From Naegleria gruberi (taxonomy: Eukaryota): a DNA stretch of 64,000 bases. The number at the start of each line of letters is the position of its first letter. The stretch's first letter is position 1. Shown piece by piece: positions 21,406 through 32,889 of the stretch. The DNA lies in assembly GCA_000004985.1 (NCBI GenBank), contig GG738875.1; one strand, written 5' to 3'. The notes under the pieces were generated by a model. The model ran no database searches. It saw only the letters and a program-made list of their open reading frames with translations, and was not told the DNA's origin. Both the position numbers and the translations under genes were made by a program.

Positions 21406-23304
21406 ATGGAGCAACATATTTTAATTGATGGGAAAATTAATTATGAATTGGATGAGTTGTGTTCTAACCTTGCTCTTCATCATGAACAATATAAAGAAGG
21501 AATAACAAAAATTAAGAGATGGGAGGAAGCCAAGTTTTTAAAGGATCAAGACTTTCAAGTACCAGAAAAACCTTCACTTGATGAATTAGAAAAGGAGGAA
21601 TTACGATTTGAATGTGAGAGTGATGTCCTCCCGAATTATGCTATACCATCTTCATCTTCTAGAAGAGATTTAGAAATAATTTTAAATCAAATTCTTTCGA
21701 TTATTAGATCGGATCATGAATTTAAAAAGTGGATTATTGAACAGGCACTCTCCTTCATTTCTAAAAATTTTAAATCATTATTAATTGATAATTTCCTTGA
21801 AGTAATTCAGAATTTATTTGAATTACATGTGAAAAAAACAAAACCAAATCAAGATGATGTATTTATTGAAACTAGAGTCCAAGAGAGTATTTGGAAAACA
21901 ATTTTATTTGATATGAAAGAGAATCACGCGGAGGATGGGATACTGATTGACATGTCTTTAACATTTTTATATTTGAGAACTAAAGAATATGAAAAGGCTG
22001 AAACATGTCTATTGAATATCATAATAGCATTAGAAAAATTAGAGTCTAAACTAATTCTAAATTATTTTTATTTATTATTAGGACATGTTTTGAGGATAAA
22101 CTTCAAGCTAGATTCGTGTGCTTGTTATTTTAGAAAATTAGTGAATAGTCTGCCTTTCGATAAAACAAATAATACAATACTTTATTCTGCCATTTATATG
22201 TGGTTAGGCGAGGTAATGGAATCAATGGATTTGGATGTGTGGGCTGTAGAATCATATCTTAAATGTAGCAAATATTTTTCTGATCATCCAAATATGAACC
22301 ATCCCTTTGTAACGATTTCATTTGTTTTTATCAAGTTGGCAGAGCTTTTCTTTAAGGATTATAAGGAGAATGGAAATAATATACATCTTGCAAAAATTTT
22401 CTATCACAAAGCCTTTATTGGATTTGAGAAGAATAACCTACTTCAAAATAAGACATTTATAGAACTGTCTCCATATACAATCAATTATAACAAAGCGAGT
22501 ATAGCAATACGTTTGGGTTGTATTATTTATTTGGAAAAAGATTTTGAAAAGAGTTTAGACTTTTTCCTAAAAGCTGAGGAATGCCTGCTTAAAATCAGAT
22601 TTGAGTAAGTTATTGAAATTTAACTCGATACTAATTTTGGATCTAGTCAATCTCAAAGAAAAAGTGATGGATCAGCTCTAAATATTTTACAATCTCTACA
22701 TAGAAAAATAGCAATCAATTATTGTAGATTGGGCCTTTTTCAAAATGCCTCACGATATGTCATGTATAGAATTATTGTGGATAATAGTAAGATTTCAGAC
22801 ACAACAGACTACCAGAAGCAATTAAATCTCATACTGGAAGAAAAAGAAAGAGAGAAACAGGAACGAAAAACTCATGCCAAACATGTGATAGCTCAGGAAC
22901 ATCCAATATGTTTCCTATCTCTTTCTCTTATATCATTTCACAAAAAGTCTATTATAGAATTATGTAAATACTGTGAACTAATTTTCAAAACAAGTGAACT
23001 CGACAAGGAAGTTTATCTCCCACTCCTTACCTTCCAAAAACTTGTTTCCTTATTAATCTCTTCACAGCAATTAGAACTAGCCCAAATAATCTGTTCCAAA
23101 TATCTCATCTCTGCCAAATCATACGCACTCGGATATTACATTCTCTTTCTACTTTCCATTAAAAACCAAGACAACAATTCAATCATTGGATGTTGGAAGA
23201 AGTTTAATGAAACCTATGTAAGCAACAAGCCATTTGAACCAATGAGTGTCTACTGGCCATTCATCTTGTCCTCAACTTTAAGATTTCCACTGCCAAAACT
23301 GTAA
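21406..23304 (+). CDS. TPR-like helical-repeat hypothetical protein; join(21406..22604,22647..23304), 42-nt intron
   Basis: First in-frame ATG at 21406, 19 bp after the upstream stop; the ORF track start 21310 overlaps the previous gene. GTAAGT donor at 22605 and CTAG acceptor ending 22646. Exon 2 corresponds to ORF 22729..23304, whose listed M is TTG; the frame is continuous after splicing. Confidence 0.5.
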
Positions 23305-23515
23305 ATTATCCTCTTTCCTTTGAACAAAGAACTCAAGTAACGGTTCAAAATGAAAATCTCCTAATCATCTTCTTATAAAATTAATAATAATATTATTGTT
23401 TTTTATTGGATGATCATGATGAAACACATGCTTATCTAACTTGTCTTTTGTATTCCTTCTATCACTGGAGAATGGTGATGAAAGGAATTAGGAAAACAAC
23501 ATCATCACAAAAAAT

Positions 23516-25336
23516 ATGCCACAAGATAATCCTTTTGAAATTCCAGCGACATCATCGTCTGATGTTGGATTAACGAGAGACTCTACATTCATGAACCAAC
23601 AAGATCCATCACCATCAACAACAACAACAACAACAAATTTACTTTTATCCAAGACTCCATCATCTCTAAAAACTAAAAAAGTTAAATCAAGACAATTAGG
23701 TTTATCTATAACAGCACCATCTTCAGATCAATATCCAGAAGAAGATCCTGCAGGAATGGGAGATGAAATTCCATCCTTCCTACTTGATGAACAATCTGCT
23801 GCCATTGTACAACCTGGTAAAGTTATTAGTACTATCGGAACACTTCCAACATCATCTTCAAGTCCAATTCCTGTTAGACTTTTGTCTAATTTGAGTTTGA
23901 ATGACAAGAGACCTTCCTCGAGCGTTTCTTCTCCTTCATCATCTATAGCCGATAATTTTAATAATATTGCTAATAATACAACAACAAGTGTACAAGTAAC
24001 ACCACTTCGTATGTCTAGGAAAGGTACATCTGACGTAAAAAAGAAGAAAGGTCCTATGTTGAAATTGGAAGTACCAGTTAAAACAAAATTAGCAAACGAG
24101 TTTACAGTGTAAGTATATAGTTATTTCAATCAAGTTAGTTTTACATTTTTGTAATTATTATTCAGATCACATAGCGGTACCTGGAAAGCAGAGGATATTT
24201 TGATTGGAAGAGGAGGATTGATTTCTGAAAAATTGGATTCTGCAACTACAACACCAAGTTCGAGTGAAAATCTATCAGTATCAGAACTTCATAGTGCCAA
24301 TAGCAGTTCATCAATAACACCACTGTCAGGAACTAGTGAAGCCTTTTCTCCAATTGGAGAAGTGACCAGAGGTTCAAAGAAAATTGCCTACGAGGATTTG
24401 AAGATTTATAAAACAAAATTGGGAGAAGGTGCAAGTGGAAAAGTATATAGAGCACATTTGAAAAACGACAAGACTCAACAATTTGCACTCAAAGTTATTG
24501 ATATTTATGCTGAAAATGTAACACCAAAACAAATTTTATCGGAAATCAAGTCACTTTGTGACTCTGTACAGTGTGATAATATTGTTAAATTTTATGAAGC
24601 CTATCACAGAGAAGGATCTATCCGTATTTTGATGGAATATATGAATTGTGGAGCTCTTGATGACATTTATAGAACTACTGGTAGCATTCCAGAAGATGTA
24701 TTAAGTGAAATTTCTTTCCAAATTCTCAAAGCTCTCGCCTATCTAGCTGAAAAAGGTGTTATTCACAGAGATATCAAACCAGCTAATGTATTGTTAAATA
24801 AGAATGGTGTGACTAAACTCACCGATTTTGGCATGTCAAATCAAAACTTGAAATCCAAAGACTTTAAGACTTTCCAAGGAACTTTTTACTACATGTCTCC
24901 TGAGAGATTGAAGGGATTAACACATAGTGTTGACAGTGATATTTGGAGTGTTGGTGTTTTAATAGCAGAATGTGCAATAGGAGGACTTCCATTTACCAAA
25001 GGTGCTGAAGTATCAGTTTGGACATTATTGAAACACGTACAATCCAATCCAGAGGTTGTGACAATCAAACCTGGTGAGGTTTCTGATGAATTCTTTGATT
25101 TTATTCACAAATGTATGGAAGAGGAACCAATCAATAGACCTTCTGCCAAACAATTATTGAACCATCCATACATTAAAAAGTACATCAAAGATCAAGATAA
25201 TTTCAAACCAGTAAGAACTGCTAAATGGTTGAAAGAAGTTTACCTTCCAAAAAAGAAAGAGAAAGAAGAACAGAAAAACTTGGATTTCAATACCTTGTCA
25301 GACATTGTAACAAATTCTTTCCAGCTAAAGCAATAA
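23516..25336 (+). CDS. Dual-specificity MAP kinase kinase (MEK/STE7 family) with long S/T/P-rich N-terminal extension; join(23516..24108,24166..25336), 57-nt intron
   Basis: Kinase subdomains: GEGASGKVYRA (Gly loop), ALKVI (VAIK-like), HRDIKPANVLL (catalytic loop), LTDFGMS (DFG), YMSPERL (APE-like). Basic docking-site-like KKKKGPMLKLEV precedes the intron. GTAAGT donor at 24109 and TTCAG acceptor ending 24165. ORF 24200's listed M is TTG. Confidence 0.85.
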
Positions 25337-25342
25337 AACACT

Positions 25343-26512
25343 TTATTGACCTTTCTTTTCTTTGAGTGCAACACATGCCTTTGCAAACTGAACACACGTT
25401 CTTTCCATCCAAGAAGGAAGAGCTTTGTAAGGTGCCATACCATCTAACCAAGCAACGTGACCACCTCTTTTGGTTGTAGCTAAAATAGTGTTAGAATTTT
25501 TAGCAAAGTTAGAGTAAGGAATTACACCCTTACATGATATTGGATCGTCTAAAGAAGACAAGAAAAGTATAGGAACTTTAACATGAGCTACATCATCAGA
25601 GCAGCTGCATTGTTGGTAAAATCCAGATAACGAATCACCGCCAAGCAACACTTTAGAGACAGCATCATCAAATTCCATTGTTGAGCTAACTCGTTTAACT
25701 TGGTCAATTTTTACAGGAGTATTTTCATAGAGATGTTCGTGAGCAAGAATCAATTCCTTTCTCTTCTTTGTAAATACCTTGTCATAAATTAAATTATTAA
25801 TAAATTCAGTCCTGAGTCTTTCAGATGATCTTCCCAATTCGAATGGATTTGAAACTGCAATAGCAAAATCAATTGGTGTATCTGAGCCAACTTCTCCCAA
25901 ATATTTAGTCATGATATTTGAACCCAAACTAAAACCACACCCAATCATGGCCTTTGATTTTGGATATTTTGATTTGATGTGACGAAGAACTATTCCCATA
26001 TCCTCAGTTGTGAGTCCAAATATTGGTGTATTGAGACCAGTTTGGGCACCTCTGTAATTAACAACCACAGCTCTCATACAGGCATCCCTAACAGCATTTG
26101 AGACAAAATGTTTAATTTCAATTTCCTTGCTTCCACCACAAACTCCAGCAAAAACAATCATAATTGGTGATTCATCTGTAATTTCATTTTCCTTGTGTTG
26201 TTCCTCAATTGGACGATTATCATGAACCCAGTCAAGAATAATTCTTCCACCACAACTAAAAGTAAAATCTTCCGAATCATATGAAAACCAATTAATATCA
26301 GGTCTAAAAGCAACGTTGAAAATTGTTTGTAAATGTTCATTTGTTAAATAGGGTGTTGGACAAAATTCACTCCTCAAATTGTATGTATGTTTTACTAAAT
26401 ATTCAATATCCGAATTATTACTATCATAATATAATTTAACCTTTTCACAAATAAAGTACTTGTAATAGACCCAATAACACAATAGGCCAACTCCAACCCA
26501 AACCAGAAACAT
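25343..26512 (-). CDS. Alpha/beta-hydrolase, ABHD1/ABHD3 (EMB8-like) family
   Basis: N-terminal TM anchor. Conserved ABHD1/3 architecture. Nucleophile elbow GFSLG. Typical …VVNYRG… and C-terminal His region. Single exon. Confidence 0.8.
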   Translation of the reverse strand: MFLVWVGVGLLCYWVYYKYFICEKVKLYYDSNNSDIEYLVKHTYNLRSEFCPTPYLTNEHLQTIFNVAFRPDINWFSYDSEDFTFSCGGRIILDWVHDNRPIEEQHKENEITDESPIMIVFAGVCGGSKEIEIKHFVSNAVRDACMRAVVVNYRGAQTGLNTPIFGLTTEDMGIVLRHIKSKYPKSKAMIGCGFSLGSNIMTKYLGEVGSDTPIDFAIAVSNPFELGRSSERLRTEFINNLIYDKVFTKKRKELILAHEHLYENTPVKIDQVKRVSSTMEFDDAVSKVLLGGDSLSGFYQQCSCSDDVAHVKVPILFLSSLDDPISCKGVIPYSNFAKNSNTILATTKRGGHVAWLDGMAPYKALPSWMERTCVQFAKACVALKEKKGQ

Positions 26513-27501
26513 TTTTTAATTTTGTTATTTATATATTGCTGTGATAATGATGATGATGACTTGTTTTTGAAACACACAGTTTATCTTCTATGGAATGTTG
26601 AGTTAAAAAAGTTGATGTTTTTTTTGTTTTGTGGAAAATGGGTTTTCTTTCCATGAAAAGTTAGCTGTTTGAAAGTTTAAAGAACGAAATTGGCGGGTAA
26701 GGATTGAGGGGAACATGTCCGAATACAAATTCCCTTCTTTCTCATTCACCACCAGTTAATTTCCTTTCCACTTTGGCAATTAGATTATGACAACTTCTTG
26801 AGTTCTAAACTACTTATATACCATTTATTGGGTTGTCACTGTTATTCTTAAACCCTAGTTATTTGATTGTTTAACTCACGGGCTGCAAATAATGAAAGAA
26901 ATCAATTTATTGCTATTGGAATGAAGACCTCTCGTTGAGTTTTGAGATATCTTCCAATCGAAAAGACAAGCGAGTCCAACATTAGAGCAATTTATTCTAA
27001 ATTGAAAATTTCTAAAAATTGTTTCTATCCTAATTTGTATTTGCATAGAAATACTTCAAAAGAAATGCAATTTTTGATAACGACAATGTAATAATTAGCA
27101 GAGCCATTAGATAAGGTACTTTATAGAAGGGAATATTCAAACTATTCGCAGCCATTATTGAGCGGAATTAATCAGACACTGATAGAGAGTTTACAATGAT
27201 AATCCTGGTGAAGGATCGTCATCATGTGCTCCGTCCTTGCTTGTCGGAGTTGGTTCACCACCATATTAAAAAAAAATAAATTCATCCTCCAGAGAGAGAT
27301 ATTGGGAAGATACTTATTTTCTGTTGATCAAAGGTTTTTCAAAGAGGTCTTTTCAAATTTTGGATTATTTGTTATCATCATCATCATATATTAAATTTTA
27401 AAAATTGCTTTTAAAAGTTTCATAGCAATTATCAAGAGCTCCTAAAACTTACGCTATATAATTGCTACTAACGAATTAATTATTACACCAATGTGTATGA
27501 A

Positions 27502-28619
27502 ATGGGAAAAGATATGCACAAAATTAATCAAGAAAAAGAAGGATCCATTAATGTTATTGGCCAAAATGTAAATAACAACACTTCTGTGTTTCAATCATCG
27601 GATGAATCTTCAGCAGCTTTCATCAACTCTGACCCACTCTTAGAAGTTAATACATTAAACTCACAAATAGATGAATCACACCATCCTCACCAAGCTTCCT
27701 TTGAAGCAATGCCTTTTTGGAAAGACTTTGTTGCAGGTAATGTAGGAGGAATGTGTGGTATCCTTGCTGGACATCCTTTTGATACGCTGAAAGGTAAGTA
27801 TTTATCAAAATATTATTATTCATCAAAATAGTTCGTATTCAAACACAACCACACAAATATAACGGAACAATATTTAGTACATTGTATAGAATAATGAAAA
27901 ACGAAGGTATTAATGGTCTTTATAAAGGACTGTCATCCCCTTTACTAGGAGTTGGAATATTAAATTCTATTATTTTCGGAGTTTACGGAAACACAATGAG
28001 AGCTTTGGATGATTATCGTGGAAGAAATAGAGGTGTTATTACAAGTGATTACCTTTATTATGGCGATGTTTTTATGGCTGGTTCACTTGCTGGTCTTGTG
28101 AATACACCAATTTGTAGCCCTCTTGAATTGATAAAAACAAGATTGCAAATTCAAGATCAAGCTAAATCTGACCTTACTCATAGAGCTTACAGTGGACCAA
28201 CTGATTGCTTTATGAAAACATGGAGATCTGGAGGAATTAGAGGTATATTTAAAGGTTTAAATAGTACAATGGTTAGAGATGTACCAAGTTATGGTGCATA
28301 CTTTGTAATGTATGAATATCTGAAAGAATTATATGGTGAAAGTCCATTAGCTCTATTTTTAAGTGGTGGTTTTGCAGGAATAGGATGTTGGTACCTTTCA
28401 TATTGGTCTGATGCTATAAAGTCACGTATCCAAGCATTACCAGATCCTCCACATCCAGGTCACGATAAATACAAGGGATTTATTGACTGTTGTGTGAAGA
28501 GTTATAAGGCTGAAGGATATATGGTATTTTTCAGAGGTTTAAATTCATCTATTGTAAGAGCTTTTCCTCTTAATGCTGTAACATTTTTAGCTTATGAAAC
28601 AACTATGAAAATTTTGTAA
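27502..28619 (+). CDS. Mitochondrial carrier family protein, carnitine/acylcarnitine-carrier (SLC25A20)-like; join(27502..27793,27832..28619), 38-nt intron; true start uncertain (27502 or 27709)
   Basis: Three mitochondrial-carrier repeats. First signature PFDTLK|VRIQTQ is split by a GTAAGT…AAATAG intron (27794..27831); the spliced sequence PFDTLKVRIQTQPHKYNGTIFSTLYRIMKNEGINGLYKG parallels CACT. The ORF-track start 27493 is GTG. In-frame ATGs lie at 27502 and at 27709 (MPFWKDF…, the typical carrier start). Confidence 0.8.
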
Positions 28620-28807
28620 GAAATGTAGCAATATTTTGTAACGTAGTATTGTAATATATACCAAGTAGTATCAATTTAATTAAATAATTGTTTAGATTAT
28701 AATTTAACTTGAATCATTGATTTTCTTTTCCAAGATATCCAAGTAACAACATCATCACAATCTATCTAAAAGTAAAATAATATTATTTTTAAAATTAAAT
28801 TAAAAAA

Positions 28808-29596
28808 ATGTCCTTTATTCTTCATCATCCTTCGACATTGGTGATCGACTCTGCCATCAGAGATTGGGTCTTATTGCCAATTGTCGCTTTTATTTTGTTA
28901 TTTAGTATTTTGAGACATTATGCATCAATATATTTCAAGAGTAACAAGGAACCACCAGTTGATAAATTTACTCATTTCCAAACTTTAACAAAAGGACAAA
29001 TACTTGGACGTAATTTTAACTTTATTCCTCTTCAATCCTTCTTGACAAGGAAGGCCTTTTTCAATAGAGAAAAGGATGGCGAGTTTCGGAAAAAGATTGA
29101 AAATAATCCTTTGACCGCCATGGCTGATCCTAATAATATGACTGAAATGATGAAGAACAATGTTCAAACCATGGTTCCTAACTTGGTCATGTTTGGTTGG
29201 ATTTATTTCTTCTATGCTGGATTTGTTATTGCTAAATTCCCATTCCCTCTTTCTGATCGTTTCCGAGCAATGGTTCAAAGAGGTATTGAACTTCAAAGTC
29301 TTGAAACTTCCTATGTTACCAGTGCTTCCATGTACTTTTTGATTTTATTTGGTGTGAAGGGTGTTCTTTCATTGTTGTTAGGTGAAAATGTTGCTGATGA
29401 AGCTCAATTAATGGCCAATTCAAATCCACTTACTATGGGACAAATGGGAGCAACTCCAGGAGCAAATCCAATGTTAATGGTTGATTTTGGTAAAGCTTTT
29501 GAAAGTGAAAAGGATAATTTGGAACTCATTCAACATACACATGAGCCGCTCAATGAATCAGAATCTGCATTGTTAGCAAAATGGAAGACTCAATAA
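28808..29596 (+). CDS. EMC3: ER membrane protein complex subunit 3 (EMC3/TMEM111)
   Basis: Collinear similarity to EMC3: IRDWVLLPIVAFILLF…RHYASIYF, …LQSFLTRKAFFN…, MTEMMKNNV…, FGWIYFFYAGFV…KFPFPLSDRFRAMVQRGIEL…SYVTSASMYFL…FG. Single exon. Confidence 0.9.
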   Translation: MSFILHHPSTLVIDSAIRDWVLLPIVAFILLFSILRHYASIYFKSNKEPPVDKFTHFQTLTKGQILGRNFNFIPLQSFLTRKAFFNREKDGEFRKKIENNPLTAMADPNNMTEMMKNNVQTMVPNLVMFGWIYFFYAGFVIAKFPFPLSDRFRAMVQRGIELQSLETSYVTSASMYFLILFGVKGVLSLLLGENVADEAQLMANSNPLTMGQMGATPGANPMLMVDFGKAFESEKDNLELIQHTHEPLNESESALLAKWKTQ

Positions 29597-29980
29597 CATT
29601 TTTAAATATTTATTTTAATTTACTTTAAAAGGCAGTGGAAAATTGTCTCACTTCCTTATTTGCTTAAAAAAGTGCCTACTATCTTTAATGTTGATATTGA
29701 AATCTCTCGAATCTCGTAGCCATTCATGTTGATATCTTACATTATATCGTGTAATCTCAATTGTTACATTAATTGTGTTCTTATCCATTCCTCAATCACT
29801 TTCGCAACAAACCACGGAAAAAAAATTTGTTGGTACATCTCTCCTTGTCACATTGATTTGTTAGTGAAGAGAAGGTAAATATTAAAAAAGGATCTTTGTA
29901 GGACATTACATTGAAAAACCCTCTCTATCATTGTTGCGCATCCATTGGTCAATAGGAAAATCAACAATAAAAAAATAGAG

Positions 29981-31832
29981 ATGATTGCAGCATCAAACAA
30001 GCCATCATCATCTGGTGACCACCAACAAAATACAACAGTGCCAAAAGAAGATGCTGCCTTGAACACTAATAAGAAGGAAAATGTTGATCAACCATCATCG
30101 GAATCAACAAATAATGCAATTGATAAGAAATTTAGTAAAAATGTTGATGATTCTGATTCAGATCTTTCATCAGGCAGTGATAACAAGGATCCAACAACAA
30201 GATTTAATATTTTAAGGTCTACAAGTCTCAGAAAAGCCTATAAAAATTTAAAACAACAAGAAAGAGAAGAGTTTGATTTGGTTCAATCAGATGCCAGTCA
30301 ATCCGAAAGTGAAAATTATATTCCATCAAAAAAGACATATGGCAATGGTGTATCACTTTTGAAAACACCTAAAATTCCAACTACTGTTGCAACCCCTACG
30401 AAGCATAGTGAGACTGTCAGTCAAACCAATAGACTAGTTTGCATAACTAGACCTTCTATTCTGGCTAGAGACTCGGATAAACTTAATTCGTATAGAGGTT
30501 TCTTGAATTTGGCCATCATCATACTTGTTGGTATGTTTCTAATATTATTATTATATTTTGTTAAACAATTTAATAGTGAGTCACTTACGTTTAATGTTAA
30601 TTAATTTCAACAAGTATGGTATCTTGTTGAATACCCATGAATATGTAGCTGCTTTCTTGAAAGATCCATCAAATGGATGGGAAGTCATTCTCATGTTTGC
30701 ATCTTTGATTATTTGGATTGTTTTGGCTTTTGCAGTTGAAAAAGTTATTGCAATTTATATTAGAAACAAGTTCAGTCAATTGTTAACAAAGAAAGATCAT
30801 CAAGTAAGCAAGAGAAAAGCTTTATGGAGTCATATTTTGAAGAATGCAAGCTTTTTCTCATTCTGTTGTTACTTTGTGTTGGACACTACATTATTGGGAG
30901 CCACTATATCATTTGTATGGCTTTTTAATCCACATCCAGTTGCTGGTATGATGTTATTGACCTTGGGAACTATTGTATTCTTAAAGATGACATCATATGG
31001 TGTGGTAAATGACCATTTGAGAGAAAGAATGTGGGAAAGAAAGGCACAAAAATTGAAAACAATTGACACTGTTGCCACTGCTACTGGAATTTCTTGGTAC
31101 AAACAATATCCAGACAATATTTCACTCTATGATATTTTCTATTTTATGTTTACACCAACACTTGTCTATGAAGAATGCTTCCCTAGAACCAAGTCTATTA
31201 GATTCAAGGTTCTTTTATTTGATTGCTTGGAACTTTTGGCTTGCTCCTTCATTTTAATCTTCTTAGTTGAACAATACGTTATGCCTCTTGTTGAACACTC
31301 AGTTGAGCCAATGAGAGAAAAGGACATGTTACGTTTATTCGAAAGACTCCTCAAATTGACAGTTCCTAATATTGTTATTTGGATTGTTGGATTTTATATT
31401 GTTTTCCATTTAGCTTTGAATATTGTAGGTGAGATCCTATGTTTTGGAGACAGATTATTTTATCTTGATTGGTGGAATTGTACAGATCTATCCTATTTCT
31501 GGAGAACATGGAATTTACCAGTTCACAAATGGATGGTATTGCACATTTACCTTCCACTTGTAAATAATGGTGTTAGTGCATCTATTGCCAGCTTTTGTGT
31601 ATTCTTTGTGAGTGCTATATTCCATGAACTTATCATTTCAGTACCTTTCCATAAGGTTTATGGTTTGGCATTTATGGCAATGATGGTACAAATGCCATTG
31701 TCATTCGTAACAAAGAAATACTTGAGAGGAAAACAAATTGGTAATGTAGTATTTTGGATGAGTTTTATGATTGGTCATAGTAACACTCTCATTTTCATTT
31801 ACAATGATATGCACTCAGCAGCAAATAATTAA
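29981..31832 (+). CDS. DGAT1: Diacylglycerol O-acyltransferase 1 (DGAT1, MBOAT family); join(29981..30530,30577..31832), 46-nt intron
   Basis: ORF-track start 29945 is TTG; first ATG is at 29981. GTATGT donor at 30531 and AATAG acceptor ending 30576. The spliced junction gives …NSYRGFLNLAIIILVVSHLRLMLINFNKYGILLNTHEY…, aligning gap-free with human DGAT1 [35 protein letters not shown]. Downstream DGAT1/ACAT signatures: FGDRLFYLDWWNCTDLSYFWRTWNLPVHKWMVLHIY and the MBOAT His region. Confidence 0.85.
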
Positions 31833-31840
31833 AGTCTTTA

Positions 31841-32739
31841 TTAAGAAATGTTAAATAATCTTACAAATTCATCGTATGATATTAAACCATCCTTATTAGT
31901 ATCTACAAGGTTAAATAATTGTCGAATCTCGTTATCTTCCATGACAATGCCTATACCCAACTTTGATGAGACAGACTTGAATTCATTCACAGACAAGAAA
32001 CCATCCTTATTCAAGTCAAACATGTCAAACACTCCTCTCATATCCTCAGCACTTGCTTGGTCAGAAAATTGAATTGGTGTTTCATTACCTCCCTTCTTGA
32101 TTGGAGGTAGCTTATCGGAATTAAGTCGTGAACCATTTGTTGGTGATTTACTTCTTGAAATTGGTAGGGGAGATGTTGGACTTGTTGGCACAAGGTTCTT
32201 TTTTGAAGAAAATAGGCCTTTGAAGGATAAGGTGCTAGATTGTTGCGAAGAAGGTTTACTTGCAGCCTCTTCTGCAAGGGAATGTCTTCTTGAGGTTGAT
32301 GGTGGGAATTCAGGGGCAAGGGAATTTCGTTTTGTAGACAAAGGGTAGTATGATGGTGATACCACACTCTTTCTTCTTGTAGGTAAGGTTTTCATAGTAT
32401 CCATTGTTGGTGCTTTCATTATTGTACAGAATTCATCAAAAGATATTACACCCTTCTTGTGTGTTTGTATTTCAGACATGATATCATCCATATCATTCAT
32501 TGTGACTTCATGACCCAGAGCGCGTAATGTATTTAATAATTCGTCTTTTCCTATGTATCCATCTCCATCCTTATCAAAAAGACGAAATGTTTGATGAAAA
32601 AGAATCCTTTCTGTGTTGAGGAGTAGAAGCAGTTTATAAATAATCATGATCAAAAATGCTTACCCTCAGAGGAAATGTCAGAGGTTGTTAGTGAAGGTGT
32701 AATAAATCTTATTGGCGTGTTGTTAGGAGATCTTTTCAT
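31841..32739 (-). CDS. EF-hand calcium-binding protein (two EF-hand pairs separated by S/P-rich linker); complement(join(31841..32610,32664..32739)), 53-nt intron
   Basis: Exon 1 is 76 nt (MKRSPNNTPIRFITPSLTTSDISSE). GTAAGC…CAACACAG intron complement(32611..32663). Exon 2 begins in canonical EF-hand loops (FRLFDKDGDGYIGKDEL; C-terminal FDLNKDGFLSVNEF and VDTNKDGLISYDEF). Confidence 0.65.
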
Positions 32740-32889
32740 TTTTTTTTCTTTTTATTCAGAAAGACACTATGAACCGGCGTTAAGGTAGTAATATAGGAAA
32801 TTGGCTTTGAAAAAGTAAATAGGTTCGCACTTTTGATCAAATAATGAAGAGATATACTTCAATTGTTAATTTATTTACAAACAATTCAT

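Noticed and set aside
30560-30614. Alternative DGAT1 junctions (GTGAGT donor at 30576 or GTTAAA donor at 30560 with acceptor at 30614)
   Set aside because: These either break the reading frame or delete three conserved residues. The 30531..30576 GTATGT…AATAG intron restores a gap-free alignment to human DGAT1.
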